NCBI GenBank assembly: GCA_001643675.2
Contig: LSRY02000022.1
Span: forward strand, 186,001-250,000
DNA from: Monocercomonoides exilis PA203
Taxonomy: Eukaryota > Protista > Preaxostyla
Direction: 5' to 3'
DNA: 64,000 nucleotides
In this document: positions 44,184 through 57,382 of the stretch, one piece after another
Layout of the letters: the number at the start of each line of letters is the position of its first letter
Numbering within the stretch: position 1 is the first letter of the stretch
The notes under the pieces: generated by a model
Seen by the model: the letters and a program-made list of their open reading frames with translations, nothing else
Database searches by the model: none
What the model was told of the DNA's origin: nothing
Position numbers and translations under genes: made by a program

Positions 44184-45441
44184 TTACCATTTCTTATTTC
44201 TTGTCAAATCCAAAGATTCGCTTTCCCCCCATTCAAAATCCTTTTTCATTTCATCCATCATTGATCGAATGCATTTCTCGTTCTCTGCTTCTGTTTCATC
44301 TATTGTCTCATTTTCACTCAATTTTGATTTTTGCCCCAATTTTTGGTTTATGTTGGAAAAAGATGAAGAATTCCAATCAGAAGAAGAAAGAGGAGGAGGA
44401 GAAGAAGAAGAGGATGAAGAAGAAAAAGTTGAAAAGGCTGTTGTAGATGATCGTGATAAATCTTTTTCTTTTCTTCTTCTTTTTCTCTTTCTTTTTCTTT
44501 TCATCACAATTTCGATTCTTCTTTGTTTGTGAGTGAAGTCGAACTTGTGTCTTCCTTCACAAATTCATCAACAAATCAGCAATATCTTCTTTCTCTTTCT
44601 CTTCGTCGTCTTCTTCTTTTTCTGCATTTCCTTCTCTCTTTCCTCTCCTTCCTGTTGATGGTAAACATTTTTCACTTTATTTATCCATTCACAAGAAAAT
44701 ATCATATTCATCTTCTCAAAATAGCTTGCTCCTTCTTCTTTTTCATAAAATTCTTCCTCTTCCTCTTCTCCCTCTTTCCTTTCTTCCCTTTCTTCTCCCT
44801 CTTCCCTTTCTTTCCCTTTCTTCCCCTTCGTCTTTCATTTTTCCCTCATCACTTTCTTTTCCTTCGCATCTGTCAGCATACTCTCCTCACTGAAGCAGCA
44901 TTTCCATTCCGCTTAATGTCACTTTTCTCCATCCACATGCTGTTCAGAAGCAGCAGAATACCATCCGCTGCTATTCAAGCGACTAAACTGTGCTGGTCGA
45001 AGGAAAAGTGAAAAGATTCCTTTTAAAGAAGATGGCGCTAAAAAAAACAGGGAAAAAAGCAAATTGCGTGTGAGTGCTTATACAAGTGACTGCAAGTTTT
45101 CGTGGATGGAATTGGTGATAATCTGCAGTTAGAATTAGTTTTAGAGTGAAGTTATAAAGAAATTCAAAAAAGAAAAAGAAAAAAGAAAGAAAGAAAGAAA
45201 GAAAAAGAAAAAAGAAAAAGTGAAAACATGAAATTATCATTGCTGAAAAAGTTAAAAGAATTTTTATTTTTTGTAATTTCTTTTTTTCTTGTTTAAATAA
45301 AAATTGTACAAATGTTACATAAACTAGATAACACACCTCAATTTGATCAAATACTTCAATCGCAATCTGTTCTATCCTACCAGATTCGCTTCGTTCTCTC
45401 TTGTGCTGTTTCTGCGTTTGCCTCAAAATCCAGGCTGACAT
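44184..45441 (-). pseudogene. Decayed low-complexity (K/E/S-rich) gene fragment with intron-like structure
   Basis: Exon-like MSAWILRQTQKQHKRERSESGRIEQIAIEVFDQIE followed by GT, a CTAAC-TGCAG acceptor near 45123, then a broken purine-rich frame. Confidence 0.3.
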
Positions 45442-46459
45442 TGGTGTATTAATGATTATCAACAAAACAACCCAAAATGATGGCTTTCAACAAAATGCAA
45501 CAAGCAGCTTGAAGGAAAAATACAAATCAATTGGCAACACCATAACACGATTAATATGTTGAAATGAACTTAAAAATTTCTCATGTGCATGGTTTCGCAT
45601 GCTGCATCAATCTCCCTTCGCCTTCTCGAATTTTTTCATCTTCGCTCAGCCTCAAAGCCTTTTGGAACAAATTCTTTTTCAATGCCCGATCAACGATGTT
45701 GTCCATTGTTGTCTTTATTAGGTCCCTAAGGCGTTCAATTATCATGCGCCCAATCATCAAAAAAACTGCGAATTGTTGAAAGCTTGATTCCCTCCCAATC
45801 TTCATTCAGCTTGAACAACCCACTCAAGAAAGCATCTAATTATAAAAGAATCCCTTGTTTATTACTAAACTCATCACATCAAATTTCAGATGTCCACAGA
45901 AAAGCAAACAATTTGAAATAACAGAAAAAAATCATTTCTGACAAGGAAAGCTTCTAAATAACTCTAAAAATGAGTGCAAAAATTGAAATACTTAAGTTTG
46001 AATTTTATTTTAAAGGAACACTGAAGTGTATGCACAAAATAAATAAACAAACTGTTGCTTTTTTGTCACTTTTTTGAAAAGTTCAAAAAAGCACCAAATT
46101 TCCCCTTCTTTGTTCCACTCAGAATGTTAAAATAGATATTTTTTTTAACATTCAATTCCAGACATGTGGGATACTTCTCAATTCGTTCCAAATTTCATTC
46201 AAAATTCAATCCAGATCCTTGGAATAAATTATTGTTTATCTGATCAGAAAGAAGTTTAATTCTTTTGTTCTTGACTTGATATAGCCTGTACAGTTGGCTT
46301 CTTTGTGAATTCTATTTCATACTGATATTTACGAAGCAAAGCAATTCTTATTGGTCTGCAACATGTTAATTTTATCAATTACCAATTATATTTGTTGTTT
46401 TTGTTATTTTGTTTAAAATATGATGTTTCATGCAATTGATCATTCATTCAATAAACAGA

Positions 46460-47913
46460 ATGGAAATGCAGAACGAATACAAATCCAATGATGATGTTCA
46501 GAAGCTAACCCTCAGAGATAAGTTTTCGAGTTTGTGCTTTTCATATTATCTTGGAATCGCTCAACTTCACGTATTTTGTTGATGGTTGAAGGTATTTTTT
46601 CTGAGCTTGAACACTGCACTGAAAGCGAGCAGAAACAGAAAATTGAAGAAATGAATGAAATAGTTGATGAAATGAATAAAGAAGAATTCAAATCAGTTTT
46701 TTCACAAGAACTGTTCGACAGAATGGAAAAAATGATTGAAGAAGAGAAACTGACGATGGAAAATGCACTTTTGTTGATGAAGCGCATGGGATATTGGAAA
46801 GTGATGATGAACGTGTGGAGTTACAATAATTATCATTCTTCATTGAACAAAAGAATGGGAGAGATGATAATTGATGAAAATGAGAAGAATAAAGAAGAAA
46901 AGAACGAAAAGTTTCTGATTGATCTCTGTGAATGCATTGTTTCTTTAAGCTGTGCTTTCTCATCTGAATTGCTTTCAATCATTGTACCGTGCCTGATGAA
47001 AATTGCATTGAGCAAAGAGGAAAACGAAGAAGCTCAGAAAGAAGTGGAAATAGCTTTGCTTTCATTGAGTAACCTTGAATATTTTGTATGCACATTTCTA
47101 TTTCCTTTTGAAATATTTCTTTCTATCTTTTCTTTTCTTTTCTTTCAAAAGAGTTTTGAAAAAGGGATTTATTCAAAGGAATTGACAGAAATTATCAAAT
47201 ATCATCAGGAGCATCACAATCTTTCACGGCTTGCATATCAATCTGCATGGAAGTTTTTGATTTGCAGATTGAACGATGACGAAAGCTTGAAAAAAGTTAT
47301 TGCGAATGAACTACACTTTGAGAGAGAAGCAGCAAGAGAACTAGAAGAGCTGACAAGATGTGTCGATTGGAAGAGAAAAAAAGAAGAAAAAGAAAAAGGA
47401 AGAATAGAAGTGTTTGTTTTAAGGAGATGGATCCAAACGTTGACATCTTTTTTTGAATACCATCTGTTTTGGAATGAAGAAAATTTAGAACTTTTCAGCA
47501 GCATTGTGAGAGTATTTCGAGCAGCAAGAGGAAATAAAAGAGAAGTTAGCTACTGGTGCATTTATTCTCTGAGCAATGCAGCCGAAAACAGGGCTGTGAT
47601 GATTGATGACTTGTTTAAAAGTGGAGCTATTAATGTTTTTTTGGAGGAGATGCAGAGGCCAACATTGGATGACGAAATGGCATGCGAATGCTTCAAGTTT
47701 TTTATGAATGTTTCAAGAAGATTGAAAAGAAAGGCCGATAATGATACGAATGAAAAGAAAAGAAAAGCAACAAAAAAGGAGATATTTGAAAAGATGGAAG
47801 AAGAAGGATACGAAGATATCATTGAGAGTTTTCATGAAATATTTGATTTTCTCCACGAAAAAAACTGTTATGCATTTTTATTGAATACTTCTGATTATTT
47901 TATTAACGTTTAA
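46460..47913 (+). CDS. Lineage-specific all-helical (ARM-like) protein, paralog A
   Basis: ATG 46460; intron 46530-46591 joins in frame; probable second intron at about 47086-47151. Shares KEVE(I/M)ALL(S/A)LS, HHNL..LA.QSAWKFL, ELHF.REA.REL.EL and FEK.EEEGYED with paralog B. Confidence 0.75.
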
Positions 47914-50900
47914 CAAAATTCATTTCATTTTATTTTTTCGCTCAAAAACTATCTTTTTCAATTTCCGTCATTTCACAAAATTCCAAAAAAATTAATTGAA
48001 GTATTTTTATTAATGTTTTTTATTTCCTTTTTCAATAATAAAAACGAATAATCAAAAAAAAACTATTTTTATCTTTTCGATTATTTTCATCAAGAATCTT
48101 TTTTGAACGAATTGTCGCTTTCAATCTTTTTCAAATAGATTCATTTTTTCATGAAAATTCATCTGTTCAGTTATTTCCTCTGGAAGTCTCTGATTAATTT
48201 TGATTTTTCTCTTTTTCATCTCATTCTTGAAGATTCGAGAAGAAGAAGGCGAAACATGAAATGAAAATTTACGAGGAAGAATTCAAGAGTATCAATAAAG
48301 AAATGTTCGTTGAAGAATACAGATGTCAACTTTATGAGACCAAATGCAACAAACAAGGCCAAAAAAGAAGACAATCCAATGCTCCAATTCAGAATGGGAA
48401 TGGTTAAACAAATCAATCAGAATTTTTTGCTCTTCACATTCTTTTCATTTTTTGTTCAGTTTTTCATATCTCTGAATTCTTTTTCTTTCTTCTCTGTTTG
48501 TCTTCCTTCGCTTTTCTCTTCATTCCTTTTATCTCTTCTTCTTGAATAAGGACACTTGTCTCATTCGTTTCATCTCAAAATGCAATTCTTCATAATTTCA
48601 ATCAAATTCAATTTCTTTCTCTTCTTTTTTCTTTCTTCATTCTGTTTTCATCTGCTTTTTCCTGTTGATGGAGAAGAAGAAGATACCTCTTTCACATTCT
48701 TTTCTCACAATATCATCCAAAAGTTATTCTTCAATTGCATTTCCTCTTCAGCTGCTTTGCTATCACATAAATAAATACTTCTTCATTCATCAATCATTTT
48801 CTATCCTTATTCTCTTTCCTTAGCTGATATCCCTTAATCTCTGCTCAAAATTGTTCTTTTCCTCTCCATTTTTCTTCAATTCATGAAAATCTCCAAAAAT
48901 CTATTCTTCCAAATCCGCTTTTACCTCAAGCTCAATATAAAAGCAATGAATTCATGAAGATATTAAACCTTTCATTTTTGGTTGCTGAGGATAAATTGAA
49001 AAGACGAAGTAAATGAATTCACAGCTTTGATGCAAATGATTGATGTGTTCAATTGAAAAGTCTTCCTTTGCCTTTTCTTATTCGCTCTCCAACTTTTCTG
49101 TTTTCATATCCATTCAAAATGCAGAGGAAGAAGATATTTTAGATGAAGTTTATTTGCTTTCTTTGATGATGATAGAAGAATAAGAAGAACGAAGAAATAT
49201 CAGTTGTGGAGTGTTTCTTGTTTGTTGATGGTTTGTCGAGAAGAATTTGAAACAAAATGTGTTGTTTGGAAAATGATGATGAAGAAGGTGAATTATGATG
49301 ATTTTGATCGAAAGAGATGAGCCTCAAGAGAGATGAAGATTGAATGAGAAATCAGCAGCAGAATTGAAAGATGGATGAAATGTTGAAGTTTCAAATAAGT
49401 GAGTGGGACTGTTGATTGAATTGTCAATGAAGACGAAGAAGAAAGAGAAGAAGGAAGATATTGGGACAGAGGAACTTATTGAGAAAAATAAGAAGGAGGG
49501 GAAAGGAGTTGACACAGAAGAAGTTTGATTTGCTTGTTTTGATGGTGATCGTGATGGATAAGATGATAAAGGCAAAGGTGAAGACGAAGAAGAAGAAGAA
49601 AGAGAAGAAGAAGAATGCACAGGAGAATAAGAGTTGCGTGCAGAAAACGTCTATCAGAGAAATAGAAGTTTTCAGATCACATTTCTCCGAATGAGAATGT
49701 TCTAATAAGCTCATTTTGGAATTCATGGGAAGATGACGATGGGCTGAAGGATTAAATAGCAACGAAAAGAAGAGGAAGAATCAGAAGAATCCGAAAAATT
49801 CAAAAATGAAGAAAAAGAAGAAGGAGATGAAGAAGAAGAAGAAGAAGAAGAAGAAGTGTGCTATTTGAAGAATTATTTGGATGACGAAATGAAAACGATG
49901 ACGAAGGCGGTGGTGGAAGGATTTGATGTGCATAATTTGCAGAAAAAGTCGAAAAAGGAAGAAAAATCGGTTGCACTGCTGATGAAAGAATCCTTTCTGT
50001 TTTCGTGCTGACAGAAGAATCTGAATCAATTCAAAATGAAATCAGCTCCCATTTCTATGAAAAATATTTTTCTTCGAAGAAAACGACAACAGTTGAAGAG
50101 AAATGTGTGAGTGTTGGTTCGCTCAGCGAAGATGAAGATGATGATGCAGAAGACAATCATTCAGAGACTTGAAGTGTAATTTAATTAAATGAGTATTCCT
50201 TTTGAAAGGAAAATCTCCAAGAGAAAAAAGAAGGGCATTCAAGGTGTGTGAATGAATTCTCGATATCCTCACGTGCCTGAATGCACAATTGATATTGCTG
50301 AAATCAATGGAATTGTTTCATGACTGAAAAAGAAAAACTGCATTGGCTCGAAAAATTTCTTCAGAATGTGGATCAGAATGCCTTTTTCCTGCCTCTTCAT
50401 TCTATTGGATTTACAGCTTCCAATGCAAATTCAATATTGTTTTCGGTAGCAAGCAAAAAACATAAACTCTGAATGTTTCCTGTATGATTCTCAGTAGAAT
50501 TGGAATCTTCGATGTGTTTTTTTTCCACTTTCCTTTCATCTGATATCAAAATGGACTTTGAAAACAATTTTTTTTTTTGACATTTCTCAAAGAAATACGT
50601 AAATATCTTCTGTTGTAAGAGCTTCTCAAAACTTTGGCATCTGCATCTTTTCGGTGCTTGCTTGCTTTCTCGGTTTCTCTTCAAATAATCAATTTCTTCA
50701 TAAAAGATTGTAATACTGCATTTGACGCATTTAATTTCGATTTTTAACCACTCGACAGGTATTCCCTTTTTGTTTTTATTCGGTGATTGGTCAAGTTCCT
50801 CAATCCAGTCAATCCGAGCATATTATCAAATAGAACAATATTTTTCTCTTCTGCCATCTGGTGAGAAATTTTGAAATTGTGCAATTATTGGCAATTAACA

Positions 50901-51360
50901 AATTCATCCAATTCGGGAAGCATTCGCATGTTCCTGCTCTGAATAAGAATCCGCTTTGAAACGAATCAAACAGATTCTATTCATGCAAGTTTCTTGCCCG
51001 ATTTCTTTTTTCCAATCAATCAAACTCCATTTCTGTTTGAAAGATTTCTATTATTCTTCAATCAATGAATGGCATTCGAAAAGAAAAGGCGTTTGGATAA
51101 AAATGGCCTCATTCAAATAAACTGTTGGTTCGATCAAAAAGAATAAAAAAGGAAACGCCATTTCTTCCTTATATCGTTTAACCTGGTGGTTTGGTGGAAT
51201 TTCTCCTAGCATTTATTTTTTTTGCAAAGCAAAAGCAATTTGAGTTGACACGGATCCCTTTTCTTTTTGCAAGATAATCAAAGATGTTTGTGTTTTGTCA
51301 TTTGTTCTATAATCAGCAAAACTGTCGAACACTTTCTTCGTGACCTGCTGCAAAAATAGA

Positions 51361-52851
51361 ATGAGCTCGTGTGATTATGAGGATTGTGAAGATTATGTTC
51401 GGGATAAGTCCCAAATAGAGAAGTTTAATGGTGTGTTCATTTTCCCTTTTATTTGGAGTGTCATTGCTCATCTACTTGTGATGTTAAAAAAAGAACTGTT
51501 TGGCAAACTTAGATGTAGCGAAGAAATGGAACAAAGGCAGATTATTGAAGAAATGAACGAAGTTATGGAAGAAATGAATAAGGAAGAATTTAAAACCGTT
51601 TTCGCAACAAAATTGTTCAATAATTTCAGTTGCACCATCAAAGTGAGGAAGATACCGATGAAGAATGTTTTTTTGTTTCTGAAGCACATTGGATATTGCA
51701 GACTGATGAAATTTGTTGATTTAAATATTTCAGAGAATTGTTTGCTATACATGAGACTTGAGAAGATGATTGTCGATGAAGACAAGAAAAGAGAAAAGAA
51801 GAACGAAAATCTGATGATTGAACTCTGCGAAAGCTTTCTGATGCTTTTTTGTAATTCACATTCAGAAACAATTAAAAGGTGTGTTCGATTTCTTCTGGTT
51901 GTTGCGATGAACAAGGGAGAAAACGAAGATACGAAAAAGGAAGTGGAGATGGCATTGCTGGCTTTGAGTTGCAGCAGTAGAAGTCTTGTGTGAGAATTTT
52001 CATTTCTATTTTTATTTCAAATAGCTGTTATTTTAAATAAATGATTTTATTAATTTCCTAATTCATTTATTTAATTTATTTAACAGACACTTGGAAAAAA
52101 TCGATATTTGGATAAGATCGCAGAAATCATCCAATATGATCAAAAGCACCACAACTTGACGCAGCTTGCACAACAGTCTGCTTGGAAATTTTTGGTGGAC
52201 AGATTTTACAATGAAGCAAAAATTGTCCGAGAGCTTGTGAAAGAGCTTCATTTTGCAAGAGAAGCCACAAGAGAATTGAATGAGCTGACAAAACATGTGT
52301 TAGGGAAGAAAAAGGAAAGCGAATGGAAAAAAATGAAAGAAGCTTTGATTATTTGGGGATGGGTTTGCACAGTCAAAGAGGCGTTTTTCTTTGTCAGATC
52401 TTGGAAGAATGAACCAAATAGGCTGATCCGATACCTTGTCAGGCTGTGCAGGGCAGCAAGAGAAACAGAAAGAGACATATTCAGAAAATGCATTGAAGCG
52501 TTTATTGAAGTGTCACAAAACAGATCTGTAAGCATAGATGTGATGATAAAGGAAGCAGCATTTGATCCGTTGATGGAAGAAATTCATCAATCAACATTTA
52601 GCGACGCAATCATGATTTCTATCTTCAGATTGTTTTTGACTCATTTCGAAAGATTGAAAGAAAAGGAGCAAGATGAAGCGGAGAAAGAGAAAAGAAAGGC
52701 AACGAAAAAGATGACATTTGAAAAGTTGGAAGAAGAAGGATACGAAGATGCTATTGCAAGCTTTAGAGGGCTGTTCGATTTTCTTAACAAAAAATTTCGT
52801 AATTATGGCTCATTATCGCTGGATATTTCCAAATATTTTGTGTATGCTTAA
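51361..52851 (+). CDS. Lineage-specific all-helical (ARM-like) protein, paralog B
   Basis: ORFs 51340..51993 and 52108..52851 joined by an intron at about 51988-52085. First intron near 51431, in the same position as paralog A. Same conserved motifs. Confidence 0.75.
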
Positions 52852-53177
52852 GGAAATATGATTTTTTTTTTTTTTTTGAATTAAGTATATTTTTTTTTCC
52901 TTATTTGTCAATTTTCATTTTGCAGTTTAGCAATGTTCATGAATTATTTGTTTTTCTAATCAGAAATTTTTGTGTTGAATTTTCAATCTTTCTCTTTTTT
53001 TTTAATGATGTTTATGCTCGAGAAAATGAGGTGCATTTCGTTTTGTAACTCAAAAATTGTATTTTTATTTTTTTCATCATTTCACAAAATCGAAAATAAT
53101 TATTTGAATCTTTTTTTAAAAAAAATATTTTTTTCATTCCGCTTTATCAAAATGAAACAAAAATAATAAATTAATTT

Positions 53178-54660
53178 TTAAAAAATGAAACTTTTTGGCT
53201 TTATCATTTTCATCATAATTTTTTTTTTTTTTTGAATTTCCATTTTTCTTTTCTTTTTCACAAAATCATCCCACTCTTTCGGCAACTTTTCTTCAGCAAT
53301 TTCTTTGTTGTTTGAAAAGTCAAATTGATTTTTGTGTGAAGGAAGAGGATAAGTCGATGATAGAGGAAGCTTCATCAGAACTGTCCCAGACGAGTCTTTC
53401 AGCACGTCGATATATTTGAAAGCTCTTTTGATGACTGAGGGTGATAAATCTGAATGTGTTGATTGTCGAAGAGCTTCAACAAGAGCTGTTCTCTTCGCAG
53501 TTGAAGATGTTGATAAAAATGTTTCCAATGAAGAACCCTTCTCAGACATCGGAATAGCAAATTCACTTCAGAACAATGGCTGGCAGATGTGTGTGCTGTG
53601 AGGGACAAATGTCACAATATCCACATTTTCTATTTTGAACTCTCACCAGATTGTTGGATCTGCATGAGAAACGTGGAGTCGATAAGAAGCAAGCGGTGTG
53701 ATTCGTCGTATGAAATATGTTGTCTTCTTTCTTTGATCGAAAGGAGAAGAATTATCAGTGCACACATCCAAAACATAGAATATTTTATCGATACTCATAT
53801 TTTCAGCAATATCTCAAGATTTGAAGTAAGAAGAGGTTTCAAGTCATCAGGAAGTTTGAAACTCAGCCAAAGAATCACTGAAGGAAGTGATTGACCATCC
53901 ACTGCGACAGCTGCAATCAGTGTAGAATTCGCTTTTGCTCCATAGATTTGGTGAAACAGGATTTTGCATTTGCCGGATGAACAACATTTCGATTGGAGAA
54001 GTTGGGTGTTCTGAATGATTTCTCATCAACGTTGAAGATGATGGAGTTGTTGCAACAATTATTTGTTTGATGCAATCCATTGAGTATTTCACACCAGGGC
54101 TTTTTAACTTGTTGGCTTGATATCGCAAGTCTGTTCGCGTCAACAATTTTCGGTTTGGATGTTTTCAACTGGGGTTGTCTTTTGATGAAATCGTAGGCAA
54201 CTGACTCAGAAACTTTAATATCTTGCGTGTTTTCTGGTTTTTAATTATTTACAACATTTTCAATCTAATTAATATTAATAAATACATTTCAAAGAATATT
54301 TATGCATACCAGTTTACACATTTTTATGATGTTCAAACTTGCTCCAGTTTGTGATTTAATTTTTATTTCGTCCGGCACTATTTGCTCTTTTTCACGAATG
54401 ACCACAGCAGGTCTTCCAATTTTTGAAACTAATCTGCTATGCCGAACAGCCTTTACTGCACTCTTGAATCGAATTTTGCTGAATTATTTTCTGTAATATG
54501 TATCCACCATTCGCAAAGCTCTATCGCTAACAATATGCACCATTCGCTCCAGCAGATTCTGAAATTGCTATTATTTGAACGAAAGCATCTCCTCCAGCAG
54601 CTTCAGCTGACCCTCAGAAGAATTCCTTGCAACTTCCTTTTCATTTTTCATTTTTTTGGG
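53178..54660 (-). pseudogene. Decayed pogo-family (DDE_1) transposase
   Basis: Fragments KIGRPAV, an intron at about 54265-54309, AYDFIKRQPQL...IVDANRL, IFNVDEKS, RLLLID, FVPHSTHICQPL parallel the transposase at 57383..59537. Frameshifted; TIRs not found. Confidence 0.75.
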
Positions 54661-54824
54661 TTATGATCATATAGCTTATTTATTTGTTATACTATTACAA
54701 ATTTTTATGTTCATTTAAAAAAACTTTTTTCGAACATCAAATTCATATTTTGAAGCATTTTAACCTTTGTATTTTTTTTCAATCACTTTTTCAAATCATT
54801 ATTTTGTGTAAGAAGCATTCATAT

Positions 54825-55064
54825 GGGTGATTCGTTATGAAAAGTCACAAATGTTAAATTTTTTAATAAATCAAAAATTTCATATTTTGCTAAATATTTT
54901 GTTAACAAATATCAAACTTCACTTTAATGGAATCAATCACTTGATAATGTTATTTCAAACATTCTTGAGGAGATTTGAGAGCTGAAACAGAAATTTAAGC
55001 AAAATATGAAAAATTCGATTTTTTTGAAAATTAAACATTTGTGACTTTTCAAAAAGAATAACCC
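54825..55064. mobile_element. MITE type A (240 bp, GGG ends, ATAT TSD)
   Basis: GGGTGATTCGTTATGAAAAGTCACAAATGTT and reverse complement GGGTTATTCTTTTTGAAAAGTCACAAATGTT; ATAT at 54821-54824 and 55065-55068. Confidence 0.85.
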
Positions 55065-55068
55065 ATAT

Positions 55069-55333
55069 GGGGGAAAATACGGACTTTCAAGCTTTTTATG
55101 CACAAAGCACAAAATACTTGCTTCACTCATAACATTTTTAAACTTTTCCAGATTTCAAAACAAATTTGATTTTCACATTTGAAAACATACATCATTACGT
55201 AATAACCTTTTTTTGCGACCTCAAACGTATATCAAACAATAAACCTATTAATTTCAAATTTTTTGATCACAAAAGTTCATCGAAATTGCATTTTTTTTTC
55301 AATGAAAATGCCTGAAGTCTCATATTTTCCCCC
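55069..55333. mobile_element. MITE type B (265 bp, GGGGG ends, ATAT TSD), abutting MITE A
   Basis: GGGGGAAAATACGGACTTTCAAGC and reverse complement GGGGGAAAATATGAGACTTCAGGC; ATAT at 55065-55068 and 55334-55337; homologous copy at 57768..58035. Confidence 0.85.
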
Positions 55334-57382
55334 ATATGTGAAAGGAAAGTATCAACAAAACTAAATGTTCAATGCACTCATTCGATTTCCAAAGTAAGTT
55401 CTGAGCTTTGGGAAGACAGTGAACAAAAAATGAATAATGAAATATATCTGAAGGAATAAAACAAGTGTTTATTTGTTAAAAACAACAATAAAAGCTCTTG
55501 AAAAGGCTGAAAGATGAAACAATGTTGCTTCAACTTCGGAAAAACATTTAAGAAAAAAAAAAAAAAACAAAAAGGATGTTTTTCCATTGCAAAAAAGAAT
55601 CAAGATAATTTTTGTCTGAAATCGTTTTTGATTGAATGGACTTTCTGGAATCATTTGAGATACTTTGAATGAGAGAAGATGTGCTAACACACTCCAAGAT
55701 TATTGAGGGAAGATGGAATTGTCAGACAATCGAATTCTCCAAATTCAACTGTTTGAAGAAAGAATTGTCTCATTTTGTTCAGAAAGATGGACAGACTGTG
55801 GATCAAAACAAAATATAAAAGAATGAAGAAATTTCAAAGAACTAATTGATGATAACAGAGAAAATTGGAGTGGATTATTCCACGATTTTTGATGAGAGAA
55901 TCTGAACGTTGGTGATAAGAGATTTTAAGTGAAATGCAGGAAGATAAGATAATGAGATGAATTCAAACAGACATCTGAGTCAATTCAAAAACTTCAGATT
56001 GCATCTTCCAAAGATTCATCATGACCATGAATTTTGAAAAAACACTTAGAATGAGTTTTCAGTTTTTTTTTCAATTCTCGACTCTGCAGAGATCTGTTTT
56101 CCTAAAAAGAATGCAGTTATCTGAGGAATTAATCATATACCTGTTGAACTTTGAAATCTTTAAAAGGGAAAACATTTTCAGGTTGTGCATGAGTGATATG
56201 TTTGAAAAGATAGATATCTTATGTTGTATGAAAAATGATGGAATCGAAAATGGTGATAGAATGGAAATTGATGAAGATACCAAGGAAAAGTGTTCTTATT
56301 GAAAAACAATTCATATGAAATTTTCAATTATCTTGAAAAAGTTTTTTATCATTTTGTATTGAAATTGTTCGTGTCGTTAAAACACTCAAATAGAATTAAA
56401 AGATAATTGCAATTAAAGTGTGATATCAATTTCTTTTGTTTTTCTTCTGTTTTTCGTTCATTCTTTTGTGTTCAAAATGAGAAAGAGTTCACAAATGAGA
56501 ATTCATAAAATAACAAACCAAAATTTGTTTCTTTATAGTTTTTGATCAATTTCTTTGAATGTGTATTGACAAGATATCAAAAAAGAAATGATGAAGAAAT
56601 TTCAATCATTATTTGAGAAGTATCTGTCAGATGATTCGTGCACTTCAAAAGAGAAAACATTAATATCCTTAAAAGTTATCAATTCAACATTCTTAAAAAG
56701 AGAGAGAATTTGAAGAAAGAGGATGTTCAATATTTGGAACGTTATCGATTTGATTCAATGATGGATACAAGTTTGCAAACATTATCAAACAATAACATTT
56801 CAACATTGTTCCATTTCTTTCGCATTCAACATTGTTCTTCATAGTCTGCAATGGATGTTTCACACTGCAGAATAGTTGTGCAAGATTTTGAATGAAACAG
56901 TCTTTTTTTGAACGTCTTATTTCCTGTTCGTGTTCAGATATTTTGGAAATATTTATGACAATGAATAATGGATCATCATTCCATTTGTGTCCTCTTTTTG
57001 TTCCACTTTTCCAAAAGAATTGAATCCCTTCAGATTTCTGAAACATTACCATGGGTGCTTAACCCGCACCCTGGTGCCAAACCCGCCCCCTCAGATTTTT
57101 GCTAAACACATATATTTTTGTTATTATTTTTTCAGATTCCTTCATTTTAGCTTCAAAAAAAAATGAATATGTGATTTTAATGAAATGACTGTATACAAAC
57201 GCTGTGCAAATGTTAATAAACAGTTAAATATCCATCTTCAAATAAACTTGGAACAAAGTATTTTCCATTGTTGAAAGAAGTGAGAAAAGCAAAAACAATA
57301 TTCACTTGTATTTCTTTATTAATCTCAACGATTCGCGATTCCAAACTTATTCATTATTGAAAGAAAGATAGATAGAAAGAAA

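Noticed and set aside
48200-50700. Short ORFs in purine/pyrimidine-skewed sequence between the two helical-protein genes
   Set aside because: Low complexity, many stops, and no consistent frame or motif; possibly decayed genes but not supportable.
54821-55068. ATATGGG inverted motif pairs as bidirectional promoters
   Set aside because: Extended TIRs, duplicated 4-mers, repeated copies and frame restoration after excising the related MITE B copy favour transposon ends.
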